Assembly: GCA_050950505.1 (NCBI GenBank) | Contig: JBMNHS010000001.1 | Coordinates: 800,001 to 864,000, forward strand | Length of the DNA stretch: 64,000 nucleotides | Direction of reading: 5' to 3' | DNA from: Candidatus Methanomethylophilaceae archaeon | Lineage (GTDB): Archaea > Thermoplasmatota > Thermoplasmata > Methanomassiliicoccales > Methanomethylophilaceae | Shown: one piece after another, positions 9,152 through 18,937 of the stretch | Layout of the letters: the number at the start of each line of letters is the position of its first letter | How positions within the stretch are numbered: the stretch's first letter is position 1 | Notes under the pieces: generated by a model | Databases searched by the model: none | What the model was told of the DNA's origin: nothing | The model's input: only the letters and a program-made list of their open reading frames with translations | Program-made: the position numbers and the translations under genes

Positions 9152-10726
9152 ATGACAGAATTGAAAGTTATGCCTGAAATGTTCTGCTTCCAGTGTGAGC
9201 AGACGGCCAAAGGCACCGGGTGCACCGGAAAGGCGGGAGTATGTGCGAAATCTTCTGAAGTAGCCAATTTACAGGACGAACTGATTTCGGCATTGGTGGA
9301 TTTGGCCTTTGCGGCCAAAGGAAAATCCGACGGAAAAACGGACGACATAGTCTCCGATGCTCTGTTCAGGACAATCACCAACGTGGACTTCAGTGCGGAA
9401 TCCGTCAAATCCCATATCGACATTGCCGCAAAGGAAGCCGAGAGATACGGATTCGATGGAGCCAGATTCAAACTCTCCGACGTGTGGACCGGGGACGAAG
9501 ACATCAGATCTCTGAAGTCTTTGATACTTTTCGGCCTCAAAGGAATTGCCGCTTACGCATATCACGCAAAGGCTCTGGGTTACGAAGACCCCGAAGTTTA
9601 CGGATTCATGTATGAAGCCCTGAGAGCCATAGGATCCGATATGGGAATGGACGGACTTCTTCCTGTGGTCATGGCCACCGGCGAAGCCAATCTCAAATGC
9701 ATGAAGATTTTGGATCAGGCCAACACGGAAACCTACGGAGTGCCCGAACCCAACACCGTATCCATGAAAATTGAAAAGGGACCCTTCATTGTGGTCACCG
9801 GTCACGACCTGCTGGATCTGAAAATCCTTTTGGAACAGACTCAGGGAAAAGGCGTTGCGGTTTACACCCACGGTGAAATGCTCCCCGCTCACGGATATCC
9901 CGAACTCAGAAAGTACGACAATTTCAAAGGACATTTCGGCACCGCCTGGCAAAACCAGCAGAAAGAGTTCGACAACGTTCCCGCACCCATACTGTACACC
10001 ACAAACTGTCTCATGAAACCCAGGGACAGTTATTCCGACAGGATATTCACCACGGGACCCGTTGCGTATCCCGACACTTTGCACATCGGGGAGGACAAGG
10101 ACTTCACTCCCGTCATCGAAAAGGCGTTGGAACTCGGAGGATACCCCGAAGCCGTCCAGATGACCGGTGTGAACGGCGGAAAAACCGTTACCACCGGATA
10201 CTCTTCGGGCACGATTCTTTCCGTCGCCGACAAAGTGATCGAGGGCGTGAACGCCGGAGCCATCAAACACATCTTCCTGGTCGGGGGATGCGACGGCGCA
10301 AAGGCCGGAAGGAATTACTTCACGGACTTTGTCAAAAAGGCTCCCAAAGACACCCTCATACTGACGCTTGCCTGCGGAAAGTACAGATTCAACGATCTTG
10401 ACATCGGGGACATCGGCGGAATACCCAGAATCCTCGATGTGGGTCAGTGCAACGATGCCTACGGCGCCGTTGTTGTGGCTTTGGCCCTTGCGGAAGCGTT
10501 CGGTTGCACGGTCAACGAGCTTCCCCTGTCCATCGTGCTTTCCTGGTACGAGCAGAAGGCCGTTGCGGTGTTGCTCACGTTGCTCCACCTCGGCATACAG
10601 AACATCTATCTCGGGCCCACGCTTCCCGCCTTCGTTTCGCCCAACGTTCTCAATTACCTTGTTGAGAACTTCAACATCTCCCCCGTCGGAGACGTGGATG
10701 AAGACATGAAGAAGATGCTCGGCTGA
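9152..10726 (+). CDS. hcp: Hybrid cluster protein (hydroxylamine/NO reductase)
   Basis: MFCFQCEQT...C...C, TGHDL, HGEMLPAHGYP, GGCDG, GQCND, SWYEQKA. Confidence 0.97.
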   Translation: MTELKVMPEMFCFQCEQTAKGTGCTGKAGVCAKSSEVANLQDELISALVDLAFAAKGKSDGKTDDIVSDALFRTITNVDFSAESVKSHIDIAAKEAERYGFDGARFKLSDVWTGDEDIRSLKSLILFGLKGIAAYAYHAKALGYEDPEVYGFMYEALRAIGSDMGMDGLLPVVMATGEANLKCMKILDQANTETYGVPEPNTVSMKIEKGPFIVVTGHDLLDLKILLEQTQGKGVAVYTHGEMLPAHGYPELRKYDNFKGHFGTAWQNQQKEFDNVPAPILYTTNCLMKPRDSYSDRIFTTGPVAYPDTLHIGEDKDFTPVIEKALELGGYPEAVQMTGVNGGKTVTTGYSSGTILSVADKVIEGVNAGAIKHIFLVGGCDGAKAGRNYFTDFVKKAPKDTLILTLACGKYRFNDLDIGDIGGIPRILDVGQCNDAYGAVVVALALAEAFGCTVNELPLSIVLSWYEQKAVAVLLTLLHLGIQNIYLGPTLPAFVSPNVLNYLVENFNISPVGDVDEDMKKMLG

Positions 10727-10751
10727 AATTGGTCAAATCAAACCGTTTCTT

Positions 10752-10815
10752 TGCGGCGAAGCATATTCCGTTGCTTCGCCGCCGCCTCCGGACTTCAGAC
10801 TGTCCGGAGGTTTTT
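10752..10815. terminator. Two tandem hairpins between convergent hcp and mtaA
   Basis: GCGGCGAAGC/GCTTCGCCGC and CCTCCGGAC/GTCCGGAGG followed by a T-tract. Confidence 0.65.
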
Positions 10816-10831
10816 GTTTTTTAAAAATCGA

Positions 10832-11872
10832 TTATTGCCAATACGTACGCCCCGCCTCGCCCATCATTATCGCGTTGGCGTCGGGGGTGGTCAAAGGCAT
10901 TTCGCATCCCGGCGCAAGTATCAGGCCGCCGTCGATGCCCGCGGCTTCGATGACTCCGTAGGATTCCCGCTTAACGTCTTCCGGGGTGGCCATCATCATG
11001 GTTTTTACCGGATCGACGTTGCCCATGATTGCCATGTTTCCGGCGCTCTTTCTGGCGGCGGCGGGGTCCACGGCATGATCGAAACTGAAACAATCGGTTC
11101 CGATGGCTTTGAGGGTGGACATGGTGTTCAGAGTGTCGCCGCAGATATGAACGAACGCGGGAACGTCTCTGTACGCCTTCACGTCTTTTATGATGCCTTT
11201 GATGGCATCTGCGGAATATTCCATGAACATGTCTTTGGAAATCAGATCCTCCGACGAAGTGGGGTCGGCCATCCACAGCACCGTCGCGCCGGCTTCGATC
11301 ATTCTCTGTTCCATTCTTGTGATGAGTTCGGTGACTTTATTCACGGCATCCCTGACGTAATCGGGATCCGTCAGAACATTGAACATCATGTTTTCCGCCC
11401 CCATCAGATATCCCGCCATGGTCAATGGGCCCCAGGAAAGACCGCAGATGTGCAGGTCTTCAGGGATGATTCTTGCCGTCTCTTCAAGACTTTCTATGAA
11501 AACCTTTGTGAAACGGGGGCATTCCGACGCTTTGAACGGATCGAATATCGCCAATTCATCCAATTCTTCGTGGTTGTTTACAATGGGTTCCGGAACCATT
11601 CCGTAATTGTCTTCGGGATAACGTACGTTACCGCCCATGTCCGTGAAAGGAATCTGCGAATCCAGAACGGGTTTCACGAAGTCCGATTTGGTTTTCATGG
11701 CATAATCGACGGACACTCTTGCGGAAAGCAAAGGGTCTTCCCTTGCCTGTGTTACGGTGTACCCCGCGCTGTGCGCTGCCGTAACTACGGCAAAATTGTT
11801 CACGGGGGTTCTGTCTATTGTTTCGAAATTCAATGCGGCTTCCACGGCCGCTCTGTGCCCGGCGTCTTTCAT
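10832..11872 (-). CDS. MtaA/MtbA-family methylcobamide:CoM methyltransferase (URO-D fold)
   Basis: DRTPV, GPLTMA, MADPTSS, Zn ligands VHICG and PGCE, GNVDP. Confidence 0.85.
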   Translation of the reverse strand: MKDAGHRAAVEAALNFETIDRTPVNNFAVVTAAHSAGYTVTQAREDPLLSARVSVDYAMKTKSDFVKPVLDSQIPFTDMGGNVRYPEDNYGMVPEPIVNNHEELDELAIFDPFKASECPRFTKVFIESLEETARIIPEDLHICGLSWGPLTMAGYLMGAENMMFNVLTDPDYVRDAVNKVTELITRMEQRMIEAGATVLWMADPTSSEDLISKDMFMEYSADAIKGIIKDVKAYRDVPAFVHICGDTLNTMSTLKAIGTDCFSFDHAVDPAAARKSAGNMAIMGNVDPVKTMMMATPEDVKRESYGVIEAAGIDGGLILAPGCEMPLTTPDANAIMMGEAGRTYWQ

Positions 11873-12014
11873 ATGTGATACCCGTTGGGAACAAACGAAT
11901 CGTAAGATAATAACCGTTCCCCAGGAAACCGGATGCCGCATCCGAAACGAAAAGAAAAAAATGGGGAAACGGGATACTTCGAAGTACCCCGTGTTTGCGC
12001 ATTTTGAAAAAAAC

Positions 12015-12956
12015 TCAGAGCAGTCTGTCCGCGAGTCCGGCGTATATCAGCGGCAACGTAATCGTAGCGTCGCCTTCCACGGTCATTTTGCTCGCGTCGC
12101 TTTTCACTTTGCCCCAGGACACCGCCTCCCGAATGGGGGCTCCGGACAGAGAACCGTCGAATTCCTGTGCGGTGGTGAGATAAACGCAGTAGTCCAAGCC
12201 CTCACGGAACTGACTCCACCAGATGACGTGGTGTTTCGAAATCCCTCCGCCGATGATGATTGCGCCCATTTTTTCCGCTTCCATGGTCATTTCGGCCAAC
12301 ATCTGTTCGTCTCCGAAAAGGTCTATTCTCAATTCCCTGTGCATTTGGTAGTAAGTCCAGAGCTGGGATCCGAAAGAACCGTCGGTTATTCCGGGAACGA
12401 CGATGGGAACGTTCTTAAGATGGCATTGGTGAAGCAGACTGTCTTCGTGAACCATTCTTTTTCCCACCTCGTCTATGATTTTATGAGTGGTCATGTCTTT
12501 GCTTTCGGCAAAGATTTCATCGAACATGGGAAGAAGATTGTCTTCGAGAACGATGCCGTAACAGGAATCCGGAACCAGAATGTTTCCCAATCTGCTCACT
12601 TCATGGGCTCTGAGGTCGGCATCGTCCATCATGAAGTCCCCTTTGTAATACGAAGCGTAAGTCCTGGATATGTCGTGATCGAGAGTTCCGCAGGTGGTTA
12701 TGATCAAATCCACCATTCCGTTTCTCACCATGTCTACGATGACCCCCCTGGTCCCCGTCGCCATGATGCAGGCGGGGAAAGAAAGAACTCTGAGGCAGCC
12801 TTTTTCGGAAATCATGGTTTCCGCGATATCCGTGGCTTCGGCAAGTTTGCGGGCGGTAAAGCCTCCCGCATCTTTCATTGTAATCAACAAATCGTTTACG
12901 GTCATTCCTTTTTTGACCTTGATATCTTCTACGGGGATGAATTCCAATTCCGTCAT
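12015..12956 (-). CDS. dys: Deoxyhypusine synthase
   Basis: RLGNILVP, PGITDGSFG, GGGISKHH, DGSLSGA...EAVSWGK. Confidence 0.96.
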   Translation of the reverse strand: MTELEFIPVEDIKVKKGMTVNDLLITMKDAGGFTARKLAEATDIAETMISEKGCLRVLSFPACIMATGTRGVIVDMVRNGMVDLIITTCGTLDHDISRTYASYYKGDFMMDDADLRAHEVSRLGNILVPDSCYGIVLEDNLLPMFDEIFAESKDMTTHKIIDEVGKRMVHEDSLLHQCHLKNVPIVVPGITDGSFGSQLWTYYQMHRELRIDLFGDEQMLAEMTMEAEKMGAIIIGGGISKHHVIWWSQFREGLDYCVYLTTAQEFDGSLSGAPIREAVSWGKVKSDASKMTVEGDATITLPLIYAGLADRLL

Positions 12957-13060
12957 TAAAAACACCTTGAGTGTCCCTCTTAAATTCCGACGTTCATAAA
13001 AGGATTTTGGAAAGTCTCCAATCGCAACGATGATAAATTGCTACAGCATGAACGGGATTC

Positions 13061-13528
13061 GTGATCATAGCCGGCAGAAACAGGGATTACAAGGAAGTGG
13101 CCGAGTCGCTCAGGGCCAAGAAGGTTTTGATAATCACATGCAACACCTGCGTGAGACTGTGCGGAAACATCGGAGGCCGGAAAGCGGCGGAAGATCTCTC
13201 GGAGAAATTAATCGGTGACGGGATCGAGGTGACGGAAGTCATCGATGTTTCCGCCGCATGCATAGCGGAAAAGATCCGCAACAAACTGACGCAGTCGAAG
13301 ATTGACGCTTCCGACGTGATTTTGGCTTTAACCTGTCCATTGGGCGCTTCATCAATAGCGTCGGTGTCCGGAATCGATATTTTCAATCCTTTGGAAACCA
13401 TCGGAGTCGGATATCTCGATGAGGACGGAGTTCCGATTGTGGTGTCGGATTCCTGTGATTTCTCCGAAGAGACGCCCGCCGACGAAGCCGCGGAAGACGA
13501 AGGTCTGAAGATTTCACCCTTTGTGTGA
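13061..13528 (+). CDS. MetV N-terminal-half-like Cys-containing protein
   Basis: ITCNTCVRLCGNIGG...ACI...DVILALTCPLG pattern; no C-terminal Fe-S segment. Confidence 0.55.
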   Translation: MIIAGRNRDYKEVAESLRAKKVLIITCNTCVRLCGNIGGRKAAEDLSEKLIGDGIEVTEVIDVSAACIAEKIRNKLTQSKIDASDVILALTCPLGASSIASVSGIDIFNPLETIGVGYLDEDGVPIVVSDSCDFSEETPADEAAEDEGLKISPFV

Positions 13529-13651
13529 CATTTATGCGTTAATTGAAAACGACCCAAACCGGGTTTGAAACTCAATATCGAAAACGACGGAAATCCGTAA
13601 TTTAAAAAAGATAATGAACGGGGGAAAATCCCCCGTAATTGGTTTTTACGT

Positions 13652-15838
13652 TCAGATTACGTAGAGAACCGCCGTCACCATACAGATTGTGGGCAACAGC
13701 TTGATCAATACGTGAATCGAAGGTCCTGCGGTGTCCTTGAACGGATCGCCGACGGTGTCACCGACGACAGCCGCGTCGTGAGCGGGTGAACCCTTTCCTC
13801 CGTTCGAACCGGATTCGATGAACTTCTTGGCGTTATCCCAGGCACCTCCTCCGTTGTTGAGGAAGTTTGCCATAAGAAGACCGACAATGGTCGCGACCAC
13901 CATGAGAGCTCCCATTGCACCGGGTGCTTCCATGGCGAATTCGAGGGGCAAGACGTATCTGAACAGGAGACCGAAGACTATCGGCACGATGATGGGCAAC
14001 AATGCGGGGAGCACCATCTGTCTGAGTGCACCGCGGGTTGCGATATCAACACACTTGGCGTAGTCCGGATCGGAAGTTCCTTCCATGATGCCGGGGTCTT
14101 CCCTGAACTGTCTGCGGACTTCTTCGATCATTTCTCCGGCAGCCTTTCCGACTGCGCTGATGGCGAGAGACGTGAAGTAGAACACCAACACGCCTCCGAC
14201 CAGTCCGCCGACGAAAATCAGCGGGTTGCCGAAGTTGATGACCATGTTGTCCACAAGGCTTCCGCCCCTGATGTCCGCGACGATTTCGAAGAATGCGGCG
14301 AACAGCAGGAAGGACGCCAATGCGGCAGATGCCATGGCGTATCCCTTGGTAAGCGCTTTGGTGGTGTTTCCGGAAGCGTCCAAAAGATCGGTCCTGTCCC
14401 TGACTTCGTCGGGTTCGTTGCTCATTTCAACGATACCGCCCGCGTTGTCGGTAATCGGTCCGTAGGTATCTTCTGCGAGAATGAACGCGGAAGATGCCAA
14501 CATGGCGACGGTACCGATTGCGGTACCGTAGATTCCGAAGACGGTGGCGTTGACGCCTTCAGGCGCTCCGTAGTATCCGAGAACGAATGTGGATATGATT
14601 GCGATTACGATGCATATCACAGGCATCAAAGTGGATTCCATACCTACGGAAAGTCCCTTGATGATGTTGGTCGCGGGTCCGGTCTCAGAGGCTTCCGCGA
14701 TGCTTCTGACGGGTTTGTGGTCTCCCGTGTAATACTGTGTGATATACACAATCGTAAGAGCAAGCACAATTCCGACAACCGCGCATCCTGCGTAGTAAGT
14801 CCAGCTGGCGCCGGTCTCGTCTTTGAGCATCCAATACACGGCGAACACCGACGTAATCAGAATAAGAATCATGGTCACGTAGTAACCGCGGTTAAGAGCG
14901 GAGAACACTTCTTTGTCGGTGTCTTTGAGCCTTACGGTCATTATTCCGAGAACCGAAGCGATCAGTCCGAAAGCCATCACGACGATGGGCAGAAGAATCC
15001 AGTTCACGGACAGGTCTGTGCTTGTGGAAACCTTGAGCACGGCAAGACCGATGACCATGGATCCGATGATTTCGGCGGCGGTCGATTCGAATATGTCGGC
15101 TCCTCTTCCGGCGCAGTCGCCCACGTTGTCACCGACAAGGTCGGCGATGACGGCGGGGTTTCTGGGGTCGTCTTCGGGGATGCCTTCTTCGACTTTACCG
15201 ACAAGGTCGGCACCCACATCCGCGGCTTTGGTGTAAATACCGCCGCCGAGCTGGGCGAAAAGAGCAGCGAAGGACGCACCGAATGCGTAACCGATCACAT
15301 AGTGGAGTGTCTGAGTCATTCCTTCGGTATCTCCGGTTCCGTAAACCGCATTGTAAGCAAGGAATACGGCAAAGAGTCCGAGAATGCTGAGGGTGGATAC
15401 GATGATGCCTGAAACGGCACCTCCGCGGAATGCGGTTTTGAACGCATCGTTGAGCGATCCGCGGGCGGCGCTTGCGGTTTTGATGTTGGTGCTGACGGAG
15501 ACCTTCATTCCGATGAATCCGGAAAGAATGGAGAATCCCGCACCGATGAGGAACGCAATGGCCACCGGGTATCCTAGATATTTGCTCGTGGCTTCGGGGA
15601 TGCCTGCCAAGGCAATCAGCACAGCCACGATCACACTTATGATTCCGATTGTTTTGTATTGGCGTTGCAAGTACGCCATGGCACCGGTCTCAATCGCGTC
15701 TGAAATCTTCTGCATTTCGGGGGTTCCCGAATCTTTTTTCCGTATATCAAGCAGGAAATACACTGCGAAGATCAGGGCGATGACAACGGCAACAGGAATC
15801 ATGAAAAGCAGATTGTCTGTTGTTAGTAAGTCTATCAT
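13652..15838 (-). CDS. hppA: Membrane-integral pyrophosphatase, K+-independent H+-pumping type
   Basis: GGGIYTKAADVGADLVGKVE, DNVGDC, GNTTKALTKG, GGAWDNAKK, GDPFKDT. Confidence 0.95.
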   Translation of the reverse strand: MIDLLTTDNLLFMIPVAVVIALIFAVYFLLDIRKKDSGTPEMQKISDAIETGAMAYLQRQYKTIGIISVIVAVLIALAGIPEATSKYLGYPVAIAFLIGAGFSILSGFIGMKVSVSTNIKTASAARGSLNDAFKTAFRGGAVSGIIVSTLSILGLFAVFLAYNAVYGTGDTEGMTQTLHYVIGYAFGASFAALFAQLGGGIYTKAADVGADLVGKVEEGIPEDDPRNPAVIADLVGDNVGDCAGRGADIFESTAAEIIGSMVIGLAVLKVSTSTDLSVNWILLPIVVMAFGLIASVLGIMTVRLKDTDKEVFSALNRGYYVTMILILITSVFAVYWMLKDETGASWTYYAGCAVVGIVLALTIVYITQYYTGDHKPVRSIAEASETGPATNIIKGLSVGMESTLMPVICIVIAIISTFVLGYYGAPEGVNATVFGIYGTAIGTVAMLASSAFILAEDTYGPITDNAGGIVEMSNEPDEVRDRTDLLDASGNTTKALTKGYAMASAALASFLLFAAFFEIVADIRGGSLVDNMVINFGNPLIFVGGLVGGVLVFYFTSLAISAVGKAAGEMIEEVRRQFREDPGIMEGTSDPDYAKCVDIATRGALRQMVLPALLPIIVPIVFGLLFRYVLPLEFAMEAPGAMGALMVVATIVGLLMANFLNNGGGAWDNAKKFIESGSNGGKGSPAHDAAVVGDTVGDPFKDTAGPSIHVLIKLLPTICMVTAVLYVI

Positions 15839-16126
15839 GAGTTAACCTCTGAGCTTTGCTTTCGTTAGTAACTCCTTATATTTATAGTACTCCTGGTAAA
15901 GAATTACGCAAAATAGGTAAAATATATAGATTCTGACAGTTTTCTTTCTGTGTCAAAATCATATCTGGCACATAAAAGGGGTTCAATCGACGATATCGGA
16001 GATATATATTTTCAAAAACCCTGTTTCGGATAACCCCGCTCTTTATCGCAGCGGGGCCGTATCACCGCGCGTACGAATCAGTTTTATATAAGAGGTGTCT
16101 AATCCAACATCCAGGAGTTCTATCGT

Positions 16127-16687
16127 ATGTATATAATGGCAGAAGCCGAGAGGAAGGTCCGCATCCCCCCGAAAGATCTGGGGGAAGACATCAGTGAGGC
16201 AATCGACAATCTCACTTGGGACACTTACGAAGGCAGATTCAACGAGGATAAGTCATTGACCGTTCTCATCAAAGACGTGGAGCCGGTAGGTCCGGGACGC
16301 ATTGTCCACGGCGACGGCGCAGTATATCAGACCGTCAGGTTCAACCAGCTCGTTTTCAAACTCAAAGACAACGAAGTGGTGGAAGGCGTAGTGGTTGAGA
16401 TTCTCAAGTTCGGCGCTTTCGTAAGATTCGGACCTTTGGACGGATTGTTGCACATAAGTCAGGTACTTGACGACCGTGTGGACATAGACGAGAACAACCA
16501 GAGACTCGTCGGCAAGGAATCCGGAAGATCCCTTTCAGTCGGCGACAGGGTAAGGGCAAGAATCGTCAGCATCGATCTGAACGACAAAAACCCTCAGGAC
16601 AGCAAGATAGGACTCACGATGCGTCAACCCGGTCTCGGCAAACTCCAGTGGATCGAAGAAGACAACGCCAAGAAGGAGGAAGCCTGA
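16127..16687 (+). CDS. rpoE1: RNA polymerase subunit E' (Rpo7)
   Basis: VRIPP, GDGAVY, S1 domain DGLLHISQ, KIGLTMRQPGLGK. Confidence 0.96.
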   Translation: MYIMAEAERKVRIPPKDLGEDISEAIDNLTWDTYEGRFNEDKSLTVLIKDVEPVGPGRIVHGDGAVYQTVRFNQLVFKLKDNEVVEGVVVEILKFGAFVRFGPLDGLLHISQVLDDRVDIDENNQRLVGKESGRSLSVGDRVRARIVSIDLNDKNPQDSKIGLTMRQPGLGKLQWIEEDNAKKEEA

Positions 16688-16878
16688 TGGCATCAGTACT
16701 AAAAGCCTGCAAAGAATGCAGCTTCATATCCGAAGAGGATTCCTGTCCCCGTTGCGGCACCGCAACCACCAGGGAATGGCAGGGATACCTCGCGATAACG
16801 GACTACACCAAATCGGAAATCGCGGAACGCATGGGCATCAAGGCCAACGGCCGGTACGCCCTTAAGGTCAGGGTCTGA
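16687..16878 (+). CDS. spt4: Transcription elongation factor Spt4 (RpoE'')
   Basis: KACKEC...CPRCG, WQG, GRYALKV; TGATG overlap with rpoE1. Confidence 0.95.
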   Translation: MASVLKACKECSFISEEDSCPRCGTATTREWQGYLAITDYTKSEIAERMGIKANGRYALKVRV

Positions 16879-17387
16879 TGGAATTCCGGGACAGAACACT
16901 TCCCGACGATAAACGGGATCTGTTCAAAAAACCGATCGGACGCGATTTCAAAGAAGAAGAAATAATCAAACTCGACAAAGGTTCAAAACTTGTTACGGTC
17001 GGCGACGTGGTATCGCTGGTCGTCAGAAAGCACGGCGTCGTGCCCTTCCTCTCCATCTACGACGGAATGACGGAAAGGCACGAAATGACCGAATTCTCGT
17101 CCATGGTTGAAGAAAACCGGTGGGACGTGACCGAGGTCAGGAACCCTCCGGCGATGATAACCGCGGAGTTGCTCGAGGCCGTGAAAAACGCATTCGAGGG
17201 CAAAACCGACATAATAAAGGTGGAAGGAGAAGAGGATTTGGCAACCCTTGCCTGTATCCTGCTGGCTCCTTTCGGCACCCATATCGTGTACGGTTGGCCC
17301 GGGAAAGGAATGAAGCTTGTCACCACGGATGAGCTTGTCCGAAAAGAAGCAAAAACACTCATCGAAATGATGGAGGAGCTAGAATGA
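16878..17387 (+). CDS. GTP-dependent dephospho-CoA kinase (DUF359)
   Basis: VTVGDVV, YDGMTER, NPPAMIT, VEGEEDL, YGWPGKG; conserved operon position. Confidence 0.9.
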   Translation: MEFRDRTLPDDKRDLFKKPIGRDFKEEEIIKLDKGSKLVTVGDVVSLVVRKHGVVPFLSIYDGMTERHEMTEFSSMVEENRWDVTEVRNPPAMITAELLEAVKNAFEGKTDIIKVEGEEDLATLACILLAPFGTHIVYGWPGKGMKLVTTDELVRKEAKTLIEMMEELE

Positions 17388-17707
17388 AGATAGAGATAAG
17401 AGAGCAGAAAAAGAACCCTCTTTTCAAAAGGGAAGAGGTTCGCTTCGAGATTAATCACGCCGGCGAGGAAACCCCTACGAGGAACGCTGTCGCGGAAGAA
17501 ATCGCGAAGATATTCAAAGCGAAAAGAAGCAGCGTCGTCATCGACGAAATGAAAGGAAGATACGGCATCGGAGTTTCTGACGGATATGCGAAGGTATACG
17601 ACAGCAAGGAAGCCGCATTGGAGTTCGAGAATGAACACTTGCTTGCCAGAAACGGAATAGCCAAGGAAGAGTACGCTCCCGAAGCGGCCGAAGGATCTGA
17701 GGAATAA
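17384..17707 (+). CDS. rps24e: 30S ribosomal protein S24e
   Basis: [20 protein letters not shown]. Confidence 0.96.
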   Translation: MKIEIREQKKNPLFKREEVRFEINHAGEETPTRNAVAEEIAKIFKAKRSSVVIDEMKGRYGIGVSDGYAKVYDSKEAALEFENEHLLARNGIAKEEYAPEAAEGSEE

Positions 17708-17709
17708 AC

Positions 17710-17898
17710 ATGGCAGCTAAAAAACCGACCGAGAAAAAATCAGTCAAGAAAAGCAACGCATACAAAGTCGACGGCGACAAGGTCGAAAGAACCAAACCCG
17801 TCTGCCCCAAATGCGGTCCCGGTGTATTCATGGCAGTCCACAAGGACAGAACCGCCTGCGGTAAATGCGGTTACACCGAATTCAACAAGAAAGAGTAA
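17710..17898 (+). CDS. rps27ae: 30S ribosomal protein S27ae
   Basis: [25 protein letters not shown]. Confidence 0.97.
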   Translation: MAAKKPTEKKSVKKSNAYKVDGDKVERTKPVCPKCGPGVFMAVHKDRTACGKCGYTEFNKKE

Positions 17899-17998
17899 AG
17901 GCACTTCTTCATTCGGCTCCCACCCTCTCAACGGGAGCCTCAGGATCATTCCTGAATTGCCTGCTCTTCTTTCAATTACTTTTTACAATCCACATATT

Positions 17999-18074
17999 GG
18001 ACCTGTAGTATAGTCTGGATAGAATCGTGGCTTCCGGAGCCTCTGACCCGGGTTCGAATCCCGGCGCAGGTCCG
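17999..18074 (+). tRNA. tRNA-Arg(CCG), structurally irregular (possible pseudogene)
   Basis: GGACCTG/CAGGTCC acceptor, loop TTCCGGA, CCGGG-TTCGAAT-CCCGG; extra CG between T-stem and acceptor, plus mismatches. Confidence 0.8.
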
Positions 18075-18134
18075 CTCATTCTCCCGACATCTGTATCGAG
18101 TTTCATCCAATTTTCAATAATTGATACTGTTTCA

Positions 18135-18217
18135 TTGTGGCGTTTGTGGATTATTTGTTGTGGCGTTTGTGGATTATTTGTTGTGGCGTTTGTGGATTAT
18201 TTGTTGTGGCGTTTGTG
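18135..18217. repeat. 23-bp tandem repeat, 3.6 copies
   Basis: TTGTGGCGTTTGTGGATTATTTG at 18135, 18158 and 18181, plus 14 nt at 18204. Confidence 0.97.
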
Positions 18218-18937
18218 AAAATTTCGAGTAAGAGTTCAATATGGTTATTTCGAGAAACCCATGATACGTTTGATGTTTTGAGCATCCCATCAAGTTCGAA
18301 TACCGGCAGATTGTCCTATTCAAATTTAAATTTTTTAAACAACGGTCAGAGCTTTTTTCAAGGTATATTTAAATTTCTGGCACATTGAAAAACTATAATT
18401 TTTGTAAAAAGTACGAGATACGCAAGCAGCTCTCCAAGAATAAAATATAATCATCGGCCTGAGTTCAGAATTTTAAATTCAGTTCGATTGCAATTCCTTT
18501 CTACGTCATCCTACTTTCGCGACATTTCTGCTTTAGATATTAGTGTAATGGCGTTGCACTACTTTCATGTTAGAATCTTTAAGCTGCCAGAACATCGGTT
18601 CAGTTCATCATGTCGTTGAATACGGATTATTCGAAACAACCATTTACGAGAAGTAGTGATCTTTTCGAATGCTTGAGCGCGCGACCAGACCTAAATAACC
18701 AACATTCCAAAATTATTCTAAAACTATTCCAATGTTTAACTCCTTTTCAGACAAAGAATAAAACAATTTCTTCCTGATTTTCTGTAACTTTGTCCACAGG
18801 AACAGTTGAGATTCTTTCGCATTCCTCGTAAACGTAAGCATTCTAAGTATGAGGAAAATATCTGTTTCGATTAAATTCCGAAGTCAGCATTATAAACGAA
18901 CTTTCCGATATGAGGTACCAATTGTCGGTGGTATTGG

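Noticed and set aside
9269-12959. Long antisense ORFs (9269-10588, 10751-11878, 11757-12959; likewise 30781-32079, 42342-43397, 48677-50362)
   Set aside because: Shadow frames of well-supported genes, caused by codon bias; no motifs.
18135-18217. CRISPR array or DnaA-box cluster
   Set aside because: There are no spacers and no cas genes. TAATCCACA deviates from the DnaA box, and archaea use Orc1/Cdc6.
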